63,182 nucleotides of DNA, filler included, from Craspedostauros australis (GCA_030167865.1; 6 parts of 6 records of this genome joined end to end with filler, not necessarily neighbours in it), one strand, 5' to 3'. Positions 21,030-33,491 are shown, numbered from the whole stretch's first letter. Notes: a model not told the origin generated them from the letters alone. Program-made: numbers and translations.

Positions 21030-22673
21030 ATGAGAACAATCATGCTTCGTTCATGCCAAGCACAGATACGGACGTCGCCATGGATGCTCTGCCTCATCTT
21101 GATTGGGGCATGCAACCATGTGCATGCCTTCACAACACCTTTCGTCCGCACTGAAAGCGGTTGGAAACGACGCGACAACTCGGCCCTGTTCGGCGCCAAA
21201 GAGTCGCCGATGACAGTTCCCACCATCGCATCGTACGACGCCAGCATGGTCAATCAGACGTTCTCGGAGCTGTACAAGGACCATGTCCCTGAATGGCTGC
21301 TGGAAAAGTGCGAGGCGTACGGCTACATCAACCCCACCTTGATCCAGCAACGAGCGCTGGACACGTTCTTCCTGGACGAGCCCAATTCCGTCGTCATTCA
21401 GGCGCAAACGGGGAGCGGCAAGACGCTGACGTACCTGCTGCCATTGCTGGCGAGTTTGGAGGACCGGTCTGCCATCCAGGCCATGATCATCGTGCCGACG
21501 CGTGAGCTCGGTCTGCAGGTGGCCACGATCGCCAAGCGCCTCGCAGGACGCAAGTTCATGGTCATGAGCATCCTGCAGGGCAGTCAGCACCGTCGGCAAC
21601 GGGCATGGGCCTGGGCGGAGACGCCGCATGTCGTGATCGGCACGCCGTCCGAGATGCTGGATATGGTCAAGTACGCTGGACTGCCGCGGATCAACAGCGT
21701 CGAGTACGTTGTGGTGGACGAGGTGGATGCGTGCCTCGTTCACAACTCGAATGTTGGCGCCGATTCTAGCAACAAGCTCTCCTCCTCGTCGTCGTTGAAC
21801 CAGCTGCTGTCCAAGTTCCTCAGCCCGACCTTCATGGAGGAGGAGGACATCGACGATCCATCCTCGCCGATCGCCGTGGACGTCCCCAAACGAAGGAAGA
21901 GGAGGTTCAAGTATCGGCAGACAGTGTTCTGTTCCGCAACCATCCCGCAGCACCGCCACTTCCTCAAGCAATGCAAATCGAACCAATGGACGCTGGAGGA
22001 ACCGATCTTCGTTTGCGCCAACCCGGGCGAATCGCTGCCGCCGACGCTGAAGCACGCGTACATGGTGTGCAATTCCAAAAACAAGAAATTGGCCACGCTG
22101 AGACGCCTCGTGCAAAAGATCAGCAAGGGTACCTCGCAGTCTCAAATCACCAAGATCCTGGTGTTCTGCGAAACGAACAGACCCATGGAGGAGATGGCGA
22201 TGGCGATCGCTCATGACAATGGTGGCAAGTTCTTCCAAGAAGGTAAACGCGATACGCTGATCGTCGACGAGCACAGCAAATCGGTCGTCTCCGTGTTACG
22301 TTTGGAGGATTCCTTGTCGCAGAGAGCGGCGGCGACTCGGGCATTTTCGGAGACCACTTCGGCCAATGAAAGCGGTGATGCAAGCAGCAACACGAGCAAT
22401 GGCGACGATGGCATGGCAGGACCCATGTTTCGTCTCATGTTCACAACCGACTTGGCAGCGCGAGGATTGGACATTGCGGGCATCACCCACGTGATACATT
22501 TCGATCTACCACGCGACGCCGACGCCTACCTTCACAGATCTGGCCGAGCGGGACGGCTGGGACGCCAGGGGCAGGTCATCTCCATCCTCACGCCGGATCA
22601 GGAATTCGTGCTGGAACGCTTGACGAATTCGCTCTCTCTTTCCGTGGCCTGCATCGCGCGTCAAAAGAAGTAA
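21030..22673 (+). CDS. Plastid-targeted DEAD-box RNA helicase (DEVD variant, similar to plant plastid RH47/RH58 type)
   Basis: Q-motif GYINPTLIQ, I AQTGSGKT, Ia PTRELGLQ, Ib GTP, II DEVD, III SAT, V TDLAARGLDI, VI HRSGRAGR. Signal ends VHA-FTTP. Confidence 0.93.
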   Translation: MRTIMLRSCQAQIRTSPWMLCLILIGACNHVHAFTTPFVRTESGWKRRDNSALFGAKESPMTVPTIASYDASMVNQTFSELYKDHVPEWLLEKCEAYGYINPTLIQQRALDTFFLDEPNSVVIQAQTGSGKTLTYLLPLLASLEDRSAIQAMIIVPTRELGLQVATIAKRLAGRKFMVMSILQGSQHRRQRAWAWAETPHVVIGTPSEMLDMVKYAGLPRINSVEYVVVDEVDACLVHNSNVGADSSNKLSSSSSLNQLLSKFLSPTFMEEEDIDDPSSPIAVDVPKRRKRRFKYRQTVFCSATIPQHRHFLKQCKSNQWTLEEPIFVCANPGESLPPTLKHAYMVCNSKNKKLATLRRLVQKISKGTSQSQITKILVFCETNRPMEEMAMAIAHDNGGKFFQEGKRDTLIVDEHSKSVVSVLRLEDSLSQRAAATRAFSETTSANESGDASSNTSNGDDGMAGPMFRLMFTTDLAARGLDIAGITHVIHFDLPRDADAYLHRSGRAGRLGRQGQVISILTPDQEFVLERLTNSLSLSVACIARQKK

Positions 22674-23079
22674 AGCGAAACATGGACTCCACTCTGAGGG
22701 AAACGTCAAGTACCACATACGAGCACATGAGCTACCGATACTACTAATATGCTAATGTGTGAGGGTACGAGTATGCACGAGAATGTGCGAGTGATGAGGA
22801 AAGAGCATGCCAATGACACTGATAAGAATGAGTACTCACGCAGACAAGCGCACGAGTGCGGAGGACAAAATGATTAGTCGTTGTGTTATGACAGTTATGT
22901 GCTCGGAAGTGTTCGAGTAACCACTTCCCCTTTCCTTATGAATTGTTGTAGTTTGGACGATCGACAGATTGCTCATTCAGGTGGGTGCTGCGCCGTACGC
23001 ATCGTCTCAGTAGCTGCAATGGAATCCACCGAATCGGCCTGCGGTGTTGGCACCGTCGCAGCTCCTGATGTCGATGATA

Positions 23080-24198
23080 TCATGCCGCGCCTGCCGCAGA
23101 TACCGTGAAGCTGGAATGATGCAACAGCAGAAACGCGTTGTGAAGGAAGAACAACTTGTCGTTGCATGCACCATCCGGTAGCGCGGAGGCATACTGGATG
23201 AGCTCATGGAGGCAAGTCATGCTGCGTTCCCGGTTCCGAAGCTGCACTTCGATGCGCGCCATGCTGTACATCACAGACATCAGGAGAAACTCAACCAATG
23301 AATGCTGCAGCTGTTGTGGCCGCACCGATCCCGGCGCAGGAGAAGGCATCACCGTCGTGGGGGTCTGCTCGTAATCGCATCCCTGCTGTTGGCGCTGTTG
23401 CTGCTGCTGCTGCTGATGATGATGATGATGTTGGAGATGAGAGACATTTGTTGTCCGATCAGACTCTCTTGGTGAACCAACGCCGTGGCGGTTCGTTGTG
23501 TCTGAAATCCACACGTGCCCATGCATACTGGTGTCGGCGATTTCCTCTCCATCTGCGACCTCGTAGAGGAGGTCAGCGCAGAGTGCGTACATACGTCTGG
23601 CTTTGGCGAGGACAGCGCAAACGGCAGATGCCGATTGCTGCATGGCCTCTGCTGTAATGGCCTGCACGTGGTATGCGAGGGCGAAGTTATACATGATAAC
23701 GGCGGCAAGCATTTCCATGTCATCGTCATCGTTCGCTGGTGGATGGACGACGGAAATGGCTCTGAGAGTGATCAATGGATCTTGTCCCATGGCAGATCGA
23801 AAGTGGATGCCTTCAAATCCAAGCCCCGTAGAATAGGCTCCCGTTCCTGTGGTGCATGTGCGAATGCGGTCGACTTGGACCCCAAGTCCATTCTGTTCTG
23901 GATGCTTGTCTTGCTTCCCTCCGCTTGATTCGACTCGGCCTCCGAACCCAGCACAAGCAACAACGCCAAATGAGGTGGGATGTTGGTGGCGCTGATGGCG
24001 AAGATCGTCGCGACCTAGAAAGTTGGATCTTATCGCTTGCAGCGCATCGCGGGAAAACTTCGCAGCCTCTCCCAGGTCTCCATTTCTCAACGCCTCCACG
24101 CAGGAGTTGTTGGAGATGATCGCCCTGGACACCTGCTGCGTGATGTGCTTGGTATTGAAGAGGCTGCTCTCCTCGTTCGCTTCGATTTCTACCATCAT
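23080..24198 (-). CDS. Hypothetical helical (TPR-like) protein of a diatom-expanded family
   Basis: Pattern NNxCVxxLxxGDxxEAxxxxxxAL ... AAVIMYNFALAYH ... LAKARRMYAL ... FLHNAFLL...AAGAA at the C-terminus, with a poly-H/poly-Q insert. Start uncertain (first ATG 24198). Confidence 0.7.
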   Translation of the reverse strand: MMVEIEANEESSLFNTKHITQQVSRAIISNNSCVEALRNGDLGEAAKFSRDALQAIRSNFLGRDDLRHQRHQHPTSFGVVACAGFGGRVESSGGKQDKHPEQNGLGVQVDRIRTCTTGTGAYSTGLGFEGIHFRSAMGQDPLITLRAISVVHPPANDDDDMEMLAAVIMYNFALAYHVQAITAEAMQQSASAVCAVLAKARRMYALCADLLYEVADGEEIADTSMHGHVWISDTTNRHGVGSPRESDRTTNVSHLQHHHHHQQQQQQQRQQQGCDYEQTPTTVMPSPAPGSVRPQQLQHSLVEFLLMSVMYSMARIEVQLRNRERSMTCLHELIQYASALPDGACNDKLFFLHNAFLLLHHSSFTVSAAGAA

Positions 24199-26974
24199 TG
24201 CCGACGCCAGTACCAATGCCAGTACCAATGCTGCTGTCACCGACACCCCGATCCCATTGTGTGCTGTGTGTGATGTCCTGACAACTCAGTCAATCAACCA
24301 TCGAGCCATCCAGCCAAACAACCAACGATCACTTGCAACAGCCTGCAGTGATGCCGATTTACCTCCTCACTTTTTTCGTCGCTGTTGTGTGGCAGTGTCG
24401 TGGCAGTGCGGCGGCAACGGCGACAAACGAAGTTCCACCCTCCTCCTCTTCGTGCGTTGAATTACAGTGAACAACCCAGACCGAAAACGCGCGCCGTCCT
24501 TGGCCCTTAACACGCTTCAGGTAGTGGCGACTGAACCGACTCGATGAAACGAAAATAGTTAGGTCCAGTGATTCTTCGCGACATTTCCTTTTGCAGAAAG
24601 TGTCCACGAAAATGACGAATGACAAAATTGGCGTTGTTCAGTGAGCAAGGCACATGATTGGGCACATGCATCTTGTCACGCACGTGAGAAGTGCCGACCA
24701 CAGCAGAGGAAGTACTTGGCACAATTTGACATGGCGCGTTACGTGGGCGGCAAGGGAGAGACAGAGAGAGGATGTGCGAAGAATCTGCTCCATCCTCCTT
24801 CCCGGAGAGAGAAGTGCAGAGAATCTCCTATTGGCAGGTCTCGTTTGACCAAATCGCTCCCGATTCATGACAAGGAAGGCAATGGAGATTGCACGAACGG
24901 CAGAAGGTAGTCATGAATCGTGAACCCGAAAAAGCCTGTTGTGCCCCAAGCTCAGATCTCCGACCTGATCACAGAGAGGTGACCATTTGCCGAGCTCCTT
25001 GCTTGCTCCAGTTTTATCAGAAGGAAGAGATGATTCCTTTGATCCTGCGTTGGTTCGGTCGATATTCTAGACACTGCCAAGTCCAGAGGGTATCAACGTG
25101 GGCGTCCAATCCGGAGTGGGATCGAGGTTGGATGAATCGGCAGATGATCCGATTTGCAGGGAAGAGCAGCAGACGATATCCATGCAATTTTATATGCAGG
25201 GAGGTCAATGTCCGAGAAAGATTGTTCGTCTACAGTTTCTGTGTTGTTCGTTTAGTATAGTCCGTTACAAAAATCATCTCGAACAAGTTTGTGCACCAAT
25301 TTATATCGATAAATAGAAATTTCCCAAGAAACTTCATCTATATTGTGCCAATCGCAGCAACTCCATTGCAACAGACATCGTCTCCAGTCAACAGAGCAGA
25401 GCAGTATCGTCGAGATGTTCCTCGCGAACATACATACTCCCAAGGTCGCACCAGCAACCGTTTAAGGATGGCCAGGTACTTCTCAATCCCAATAAATGCT
25501 CTGCCAGACAATGGCACGCTCGAATACTGTATTCGCACGTGTCTTCAATGCATGTTGATTGATACTCGAGACAGAGCACAATATTCCAATGGACACAGAG
25601 TGCAGTCGATCCCTGTATGCGACATATTCGAGCTGAGTTGAATCGAGCCGAGCAGAGCGGAGGAGGAGAGTGGGATTTATTGCCCAGAAGGTGTGTAAAT
25701 GCGCGGCGAAAGGCGCAAACCGGTTTGCTTTGATCGCACTTTGGTTGGGTTTCTGTCATGGACAAGATCGTGGACCGGCGGCTCCAATTGGCTCTGGGAT
25801 CATGGCAACCACCTTGTCGAAGTGAATGAGCCATCGCACAAGCTACTCATACGATAAGTCCGAATGGCAGATGGCAGCAGCACATCCTGCAATATCTTGT
25901 ATTTTATCAAACACTAAGCCGGAGGGATGGTACCTGGGTTATATCTGCTCCTCCGGAGAGGTATCATTGCCCGCACGCTTCTCGAATCACGAGACACCCA
26001 CAACGCAGCTGTGGCTTCTCCGTTCCTTTTCGTTGTTGTTCATCACCAAAGATGAACAGACGAGAACAAAATCACTTCCGCACCCACCCCAGAAGCAGCG
26101 AAAACGAAGCGAACTGCAGCACAATCTGCTGCTGCATTTCTTCGATGAACTTGTTGCTGTGTGGGCGGTTGCACTTCTGGTCGGTCGATCAGTCGATCCA
26201 TCCATCGCGCCGCCGACCGTGGTGAGTTGCATTGGAGCGATGAGGTTCTAAAAATGAACACCCACAACAAGACCGGCACTTCTCGATTCCGGTACCACCC
26301 ATTAATTGCATACCATACTTCCCAATCTTGCTGGGGAGATTGATCATGCACGATACCCACGCGCCGAAGGGAAGAAAATGGAAGCGATTTCACAAGGTTG
26401 TCGGGCATTCGTGAATCGTTTACATCCAGACCATGCTTGCCTCTCTCGCCTACCATGTTCGTGTCATGGGGGTACCATGCCAACGCCAACGGCAGGCCCA
26501 GGCACATGCGAACTATACATGGCAGCACGCGTCCAGAACAGACACGTATCGTCTAAAGATGTTTCACTGCTCCTCATGTGACCTACCCTGTCGTTCTTGT
26601 CGCCTGAGCCGCGGTAAGCTGTTGCGATCTTTTCCGGCGAAGTTTGGCACCGCAATCATCAAGAACAGGACATGAACAGCCATCACGCGGGGAAGCGCAG
26701 CCATCATGGCTTCCGCCACCAGGTCCGGTTTCCAGGTTGTTCTCATCCAGACACGCCGAAAGCTGATGTTCTGTTTTTGATACTTTGTTGATGCGGGACA
26801 GGAACTCTCCTCATACATAGTAAAACGCTGTACAATTGTACTGCAAATACGAACATCACCAAAGTGCGCACAAACCGAATCGCTGCTGCGAGATCATCAC
26901 ATTTTCACCACAGAAAACAACTTTTCATCAATCGCCAGCCGTGACATGACGACCGCAGAGCGATGACGCCCCTG

Positions 26975-27074
26975 NNNNNNNNNNNNNNNNNNNNNNNNNN
27001 NNNNNNNNNNNNNNNNNNTTAATTAATTAANNNNNNNNNNNNNNNNNNNNNNNNNNNNNNNNNNNNNNNNNNNN
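26975..27074. other. Assembly gap with artificial TTAATTAATTAA linker
   Basis: 44 N + TTAATTAATTAA + 44 N; the same construct occurs five times in the window. Confidence 0.97.
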
Positions 27075-27293
27075 CGCGCGGAGCAGAACCCGGTGGATGG
27101 TTGGTACAAGGGCGAGATAGGATTCTTCGACTTCTACATCATCCCGCTGGCGAAGAAGCTGAAGGAATGTGGCGTGTTCGGCAAGTCCAGCGACGAGTAT
27201 CTCAACTACGCCATGACCAACCGCAAAGAATGGGAACGGCGCGGCGAAGAGGTGGTTGCTGAAATGGTGCAATCCTTTCACAGCAAACAATGA
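27075..27293 (+). CDS. C-terminal end of a class I cyclic-nucleotide phosphodiesterase domain (typical of diatom cyclase-PDE fusion proteins), 5' partial
   Basis: RAEQNPVDGWYKGEIGFFDFYIIPLAKKLKECGVFGKSSDEYLNYAMTNRKEWE corresponds to the PDE (Q/E)IGF...N..W terminal helices. The rest lies in the gap. Confidence 0.85.
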   Translation, partial: RAEQNPVDGWYKGEIGFFDFYIIPLAKKLKECGVFGKSSDEYLNYAMTNRKEWERRGEEVVAEMVQSFHSKQ

Positions 27294-28183
27294 GCGAAGA
27301 ATGACCGACGCCCATACGTATAGTAGTCTGGGGTGAACGAATGAACGTATGAGTGGGGAGATGGGCAGATTCCGTTCTCATGGGGCGCGGCAAGAAGCAT
27401 GAAGTGATACATATTATAGATTCTAACAAGGGCCGTAGCAGGGAAGGATGTAGTGTTGCAGCATCAAACAGAGAACCAACATTCTACAAAATCATTGTGT
27501 CCACTGAGAAGGCTTTGTGCACGACAACCTTGGCGTCGATGATGCCTGACTTGCTCTTTCCGCGCGCGCATCTGATACAAGCTCCTTCCACTTGTAGCTG
27601 ATGGCATGCTGGTTGTTTGGCACTCCATGAGCCGGTGTGTGGCTCTTGGTGTGGTAGATAATGTAAGTAGGTACGACTAACAGTTTGATGTTGGAGACAG
27701 AAACGGCGCCGCTATCTACTCTCTCTCTGGCTATCTCTAGACAGAGTGTAAGGTAGATAGACTGCGTTTGTCATATTCGGATTAGTCATACGTGCTCCAG
27801 CACAGCGACCAAAGCCAAACGACATCGCTCGGCTTCTCCTCATTTTTCGTCGACACTGACATCGACACAACTTTCTCCGTCTTCACTTCTCGCCCTTTTG
27901 ATTGCTGTCGACGACAAATCGTCCGTCTTCGACGTCCAGCCACCAATCACACATCACAAGAGGAGGGAAGGCCAGCGGAGACCATCTCCACACCACTGCT
28001 CGTTGTGAAAGTCAGGAACAAGGTATCGCCGTTGCTCACGAGACGAGCAAAGCACAACACGCGTCGAGCGGAGATCAATCGGTGGCCAATTCGAGCCGAG
28101 TCGAGCATGCCAGAACGTACGAGCCCGGCTCTGTAAAGTCTCCGGAGAGCACAGCCACTCTCCCTCTACATTCCACAGAAATC

Positions 28184-28822
28184 ATGAGCATTAGATCTGA
28201 GACCCTGCGGCTGGATTCTTGGTTCGCCAATCTCCATCAGACGATCGGCGATTTCGTTCACCGATCCATCGCAACAGCGGAGCACATCTTGCTCGATCGC
28301 ATCTCACGATACATTCCATGGTTCATGGTCACGTTCCGAGGACGTGGCGATGATATCCAGATCCTGATACCCATGAGCGGTGGGGACCTTCATGGCAATG
28401 ACAGCACGATGCAGCACACAGCCATACGACTGGATACCTTCCTGTTTATGAGCACTGCCGTCATCACAACAGTATCATCTTGGGTCGCGATCTACATCCG
28501 GGGCAGGTCGAAGAGCGGCGATGACTCCGACACTCCAAAGCCATCCGACACAACTGGAGGTGATCGGTCGATCGCCAAAGCCAAGGTTTGGAGATCGCCA
28601 AAACGAAACGATGATAAATTGCATCAATTCATGGATCAGGCTCGAAAACAGAAGGGACGTCTCCGGAAAGTTCAAGATCCGGATGTCAATCGGACTGCAC
28701 GGATGGAACAGCTTCGAAAGACGCAGACTCCATCTGGACCATTACAGCTCACGGACCAGGTGCTGAAGTCGTCGCGGCAGGGCTTGTCGACCCCGATAAA
28801 GCCCAAGCCTCAAGCACGCTGA
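28184..28822 (+). CDS. Hypothetical single-pass membrane protein with basic tail containing WH2-like motifs
   Basis: Open frame from 27902, first ATG at 28184. TM-like TFLFMSTAVITTVSSWVAIYI followed by RGRSK; the tail has helix+LRKV and helix+LRKT. Confidence 0.55.
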   Translation: MSIRSETLRLDSWFANLHQTIGDFVHRSIATAEHILLDRISRYIPWFMVTFRGRGDDIQILIPMSGGDLHGNDSTMQHTAIRLDTFLFMSTAVITTVSSWVAIYIRGRSKSGDDSDTPKPSDTTGGDRSIAKAKVWRSPKRNDDKLHQFMDQARKQKGRLRKVQDPDVNRTARMEQLRKTQTPSGPLQLTDQVLKSSRQGLSTPIKPKPQAR

Positions 28823-30585
28823 TAGTTGGGGAGCGTGGGCTGGGACGAATCGCTGGTTCGCACTGTGGGAGTGTTGCTCAAGCGCCCAAGTTGCGAGCAT
28901 CGTCACAACAAAAGGGAACCCGAGAACGCTGAGAGTATGCACAGGAGTTTCTGTCCACGATCAGCTCTGTGGGAGGATAACCCGCAAAGCTCATGCTGTA
29001 CTCCATTCAGCTCGGAGTTGGGATGCGGGCATAATATAATATAATACCTAATAGACATTGGGACTTGCACATAGCAAAAGGCCAAATCGTGTTCTGACAA
29101 CCATCGTGGGATGAATATGGACAATGATGGGCACGATGCATCCTCACCCATAGTCATCCATAATCGCCCATCCCTAATGATGGTCGTGCCCGCACTCGTA
29201 TGCATGGTAAAATAGAGTGTAGCCGCTTTGTGCTTACTCTCCTCCTTGACTGTAGGTGCTTTGATTTTGCGAGAGGGTCTTCATGCTGAAGTCTTGTTTC
29301 GATTGGTTTGCCTTGGTTGGATCCGATCACGCTCAATGAAGTCACGTTTTCTCGATCACGAATTGGACTCAAAGTAGCCAACCACGCTTGATACTAATTA
29401 ATCGGGCGGGTCAAGGCGAAGTCTGTCTCCATCTGTTGCGGGGAAGAGAATTCTCATCTCTTCACTTGGTCACACAATGACAGTTCGAAGGATGTCAACG
29501 CGCTTCAAGTTCAGGTCGCATTGTGTTTGCCCCAACAGATGGTGGCCAACAGGAATGAGAGAAAGAGAGAGAGAGGAAAGCGACCACACAACAGACACGA
29601 AAAGCAACGAGAACGGGAACCCTTGAGCACGAAGATCGCACCAGCTGTTTCGCAGATGCTCACGACTTCGCTCGGCTTCAACCACGAACACGAATGGCGA
29701 ATCGCATTGGTGGTGTTCCGCGCTTGAGAGAAACGGGAAAAGATAACGAAGATGCGAAGAAATGACAAAACAGCCGACATGGCAAAGGCAGCATCGTCAC
29801 AGAGGGGCTATCTGACTCGGTGGCTGTCGTGGCTGCTGTTTCTGTCGTGGCTGCTGCTGCGTCTGCTGTTGCCTTTCGTTCCGACAGCTGGACGCCATCA
29901 GCCCCAGAGATCATTGCGACGCTGTGATTCTTTCTGTTGTGACCTTTGTCTCTTTTGCGTTGCGGTTTGCCGTACACGTCATGAGCGGCGAGTCAGCGTC
30001 ACGCACGGGTCTCAGGCCAGCCGCCGTCCGTCTGGTGGCGGCATCGGTGATGGGAGGGTTCTGCCCGAGTGCGCCAAGAGACATCGTTTCATAACTACAG
30101 ACCCAGTTGCAGCCGCGGCGGCTGCCCCCATCTGCCCACAAGCATCAGGTTTGACACAAACGACAAGGAGGCTTCTTCTGTGGAACATCTACTCGACTTC
30201 CCATCCTTGCTGTCTCCTGCGCAGAGTATTGCGCGCGGTCTGCGAATGTATTGCTTGCGACGATCGAGGGCGCCACTCTCGCCCTCCGTCTCGAGGAGAC
30301 TGCCATGAGCCCAACACGAAGAGAGAAAGGATTCGGTTTGAGGCTCGTGCGAGGACGGTTCATCGCGTCAACATTGTTGCTGTGTTTGGTGTCATATAAC
30401 AAAATCCGAACAACCTGCAGCCAGCCATTCGAAGCACCAGCACCGACAATAATACCAACACCAGCACAATCGCTCCCAAACTGATCCATCCCCTCCCAGT
30501 TCAGCGCTGACAGCAACCAGTCGAAGCAAATCGTCTCTCTATCCCTCGCTATCTCTCTCATTCACGCACGCACACGCTATCCATC

Positions 30586-31686
30586 ATGATGGACGCATCT
30601 ACCGCCAACAACAACCTCGATGACGGCGCCGTCGAGGCTCAAAAGCTCCAGCTGCAGTTGCAGATGCAGATGCATTTGCAGAGCATGAACAACTTCCACG
30701 TCATGCCGCCCATGGATCTCGCCTCGCAGATCTCGGACGAGACGTCGCCATCCCCGTCGGCAACCTCAACATGTACCCCCAAGTCCGTCGATGTGACCGC
30801 GCACCACACCACGCAGACGATTCAAGCTTGGGATCAAATCGGAGAGCTCACATCCGAACTCGGTGTCTCCATGGTCGTTCGCCAAGCATCGATCATCTGC
30901 GATCGCTTTGCCGAAGCGCAGAAGGCGCAAACACAGGCGCTGTCATCAGCGCTCCTGTCAGGCGCAAACAGCCCCTTCGAGGGTCGAGACAACGATCGTC
31001 GCGTTGAGTCCCTTCGTCCCAACAAGCGCGCCAGACTCCAACGTGACTCCATGATTCGCAGTGACGGCACACCAAGCGAAGACTCTACAGCAGGCATCGA
31101 CGCAGAAACGAATGATGGTCCAATCGTGCACGCAAACATCGATGCCGCAGGCAACGGGAATGACAGCGTCGATGATGACACTTCTTCCATCAATCCCGTT
31201 CAAGAAAATGACATGAGACCACCTGTCGCAACCGTGAGCTGTGATGAGAGTTCCGGCACGACAGAAGCTTCCGATGATCGCCTCGAGGCATCGGCACAGT
31301 CGTCTTCGACCATTTCCACGCTTTCGCCAAGCCCCAACAGCATCAATGCCGACTCGATCAGCACAGGCGACATCGACATTCCTGGTGACCGCGGCAGCGC
31401 CGTATGCTCACCGATCGAGGATGCTCGGCATCTGGTGCACTGCGCACCCATGATGTCTCCATCTCTGTCGCGGCAGATCGACCGGATGTCGCGAATGTCA
31501 AGTCTCATGATGATCCTCGAGCAAACACGAACTGCACTTCGGCAGGAGATGATCTCCATGATGCAAGACGAGGATGAGCAAGATGAGCTGGATGGGGACC
31601 AGGACGACGGCACTGCAAGCAACGGCATCAGCGACCAAGGCGCGAATGCGGGACCACTGCCGTTGGCGGCATCAACAAGTGGATGA
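30586..31686 (+). CDS. Hypothetical acidic/disordered protein with short coiled segments
   Basis: 366-aa ATG-initiated ORF after a CT-rich 5' leader; coding-like codon usage; basic RPNKRARL motif (NLS-like). Confidence 0.65.
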   Translation: MMDASTANNNLDDGAVEAQKLQLQLQMQMHLQSMNNFHVMPPMDLASQISDETSPSPSATSTCTPKSVDVTAHHTTQTIQAWDQIGELTSELGVSMVVRQASIICDRFAEAQKAQTQALSSALLSGANSPFEGRDNDRRVESLRPNKRARLQRDSMIRSDGTPSEDSTAGIDAETNDGPIVHANIDAAGNGNDSVDDDTSSINPVQENDMRPPVATVSCDESSGTTEASDDRLEASAQSSSTISTLSPSPNSINADSISTGDIDIPGDRGSAVCSPIEDARHLVHCAPMMSPSLSRQIDRMSRMSSLMMILEQTRTALRQEMISMMQDEDEQDELDGDQDDGTASNGISDQGANAGPLPLAASTSG

Positions 31687-33491
31687 TGAACCAAGAAGTC
31701 ATCGAGATGATTCCTCCGCAATCCGCAAGGAGGTCTTTCGTTGTCCGACACGCACCGCTATGCTTTCCGTCCCCGGATACTCATCGTCATACCCGTACCA
31801 TAGAGTACGAAGCCCACCGTATTCGACGGCTTCTATTTCACTCCATCGCAAGCTCGGCCCTCTCTATTTCTATTCACAATAAGCTTTGGCATAGTCAGAA
31901 CATATTATACACACATACGAGTACAGGCCTGCGTGGTAGCCAGTCGCAACAACTATCCGAATAAGCTTGGCAAATACTACACCAGCCTGGATGTGAGAGA
32001 CTTGCGCCTTCCCTCCGCATACCGTACTCGTACATCCTAGTTGTCTGGGATGGCTTCGGCCTGTGTGGATACGACGTTCGCGAGACCACCAAATGGTGGA
32101 GATGTTCTGTTTGTCTGACGGCACTGCTTGATCCCGTGCGAGGATGCTGGCCTGGTGGTTTGGTATAGCCGTTTGGTCGTGTGGTGCGCATGGTTCGTAC
32201 GAGTCACACGTACCCCTGCGCCATGGGATGCACAGCCTCATTTCGCCGCAAAGAGCCGGCGTCGCACCTCCACAGAACAAGCTGGTGCCTTGTGCCCATG
32301 GCTGTGTTGCGTTGCATCGTGGAGTATCGCATTGGTTGTTGGATAGCAGCCCCGTTTCAGTTCTCCCCAGATGTCGGATTCCGTGTGATGATGGTTGCGC
32401 CCAACGATGGATAGAGAATTATCACATCATATGTTTTTGCAGATGATGCATGTTCTCCTGGGGACATCGACATTGATGGCGTCATCACAGAGTGTCCAAT
32501 ACGATTGCACTGCTCAAATGACGACCAATTGCAGAAATCCGATGGTTTGTGACGAGGGGGCATACCCCGCCATTGTAGCTTCGTGACGCCTGCCGATAGC
32601 CCCTTGCCGGCTGTCGTCATGCGCACCTTCTGCGCACCAAAATCAGCAGCATGTAGTCGTACCTCCTCATACCGTACGAGCTACTCCATGTCATCATCTG
32701 TTCGTCAGTCGCTCACTCCCGAATCTCTCATCATGTGAGCTACTCGATGAAGAATTGGAAGCGCAGAATCCCATGTCAGGGCAGTCGCAGAGTTAGCAGG
32801 ACCATCCCACATGTTCTCCTCGCAGCTCGTTCGTATGAGCCACGAACGGAGAGCATCGGTGTATTAGTACTCTCTGTATAGTAGCCAAACGAGGAGTGCC
32901 TTTTGCACAACTGATGGAATGAAACAAAAGACGATTTCGGCAGATGGCGCGCGTATGGCGCAAGGCGATCGAAGGCCTGGCCGCTTCTGCTCTTCTCCTC
33001 CAACCTCCGGAGTAGCTCGAAATCGTATCGTCATACGTTCTCATTCCACTCAACAGATGACCCGAACAAGGTAGGTATCGTCCCGAAGGCAGAGCAGATG
33101 GCAGGGTGGATGCAAAGCGAAAAACAAGATGCGACTTCCGATGGTATCCTGCTATTGACAATTGAGGATACGTTGGCACATCTTTGCTGACACCCGGCAA
33201 GAGGTTTGGTCGTGATCTCAGGCGGAGTACGATCTGCGACTACTCCGCCTTGATGGGGTGGTTCCCGCGGCGAGTGCTTCGCAATCGCAAGCGTCAATAC
33301 TTCCTCTACATCTTCGAATGCCATTGTCCAGAGATAGAGTAGCAATGAAATGGATGAGCAAACGTCCTCACGTCGCCAACAATACTTGCAGCGCCGCCAT
33401 CCCACATAATCGAAGAGACTAGAGTAGAGTAATGGAGTATTCTTCATCACCATGCAGTATAGAACATGCTCTTTACGTACGAGTACGTTGT

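Noticed and set aside
27019..27030. Recurrent TTAATTAATTAA palindrome (five copies)
   Set aside because: Always centred in a 100-bp N run; it is a scaffolding linker with stops in all frames, not biology.
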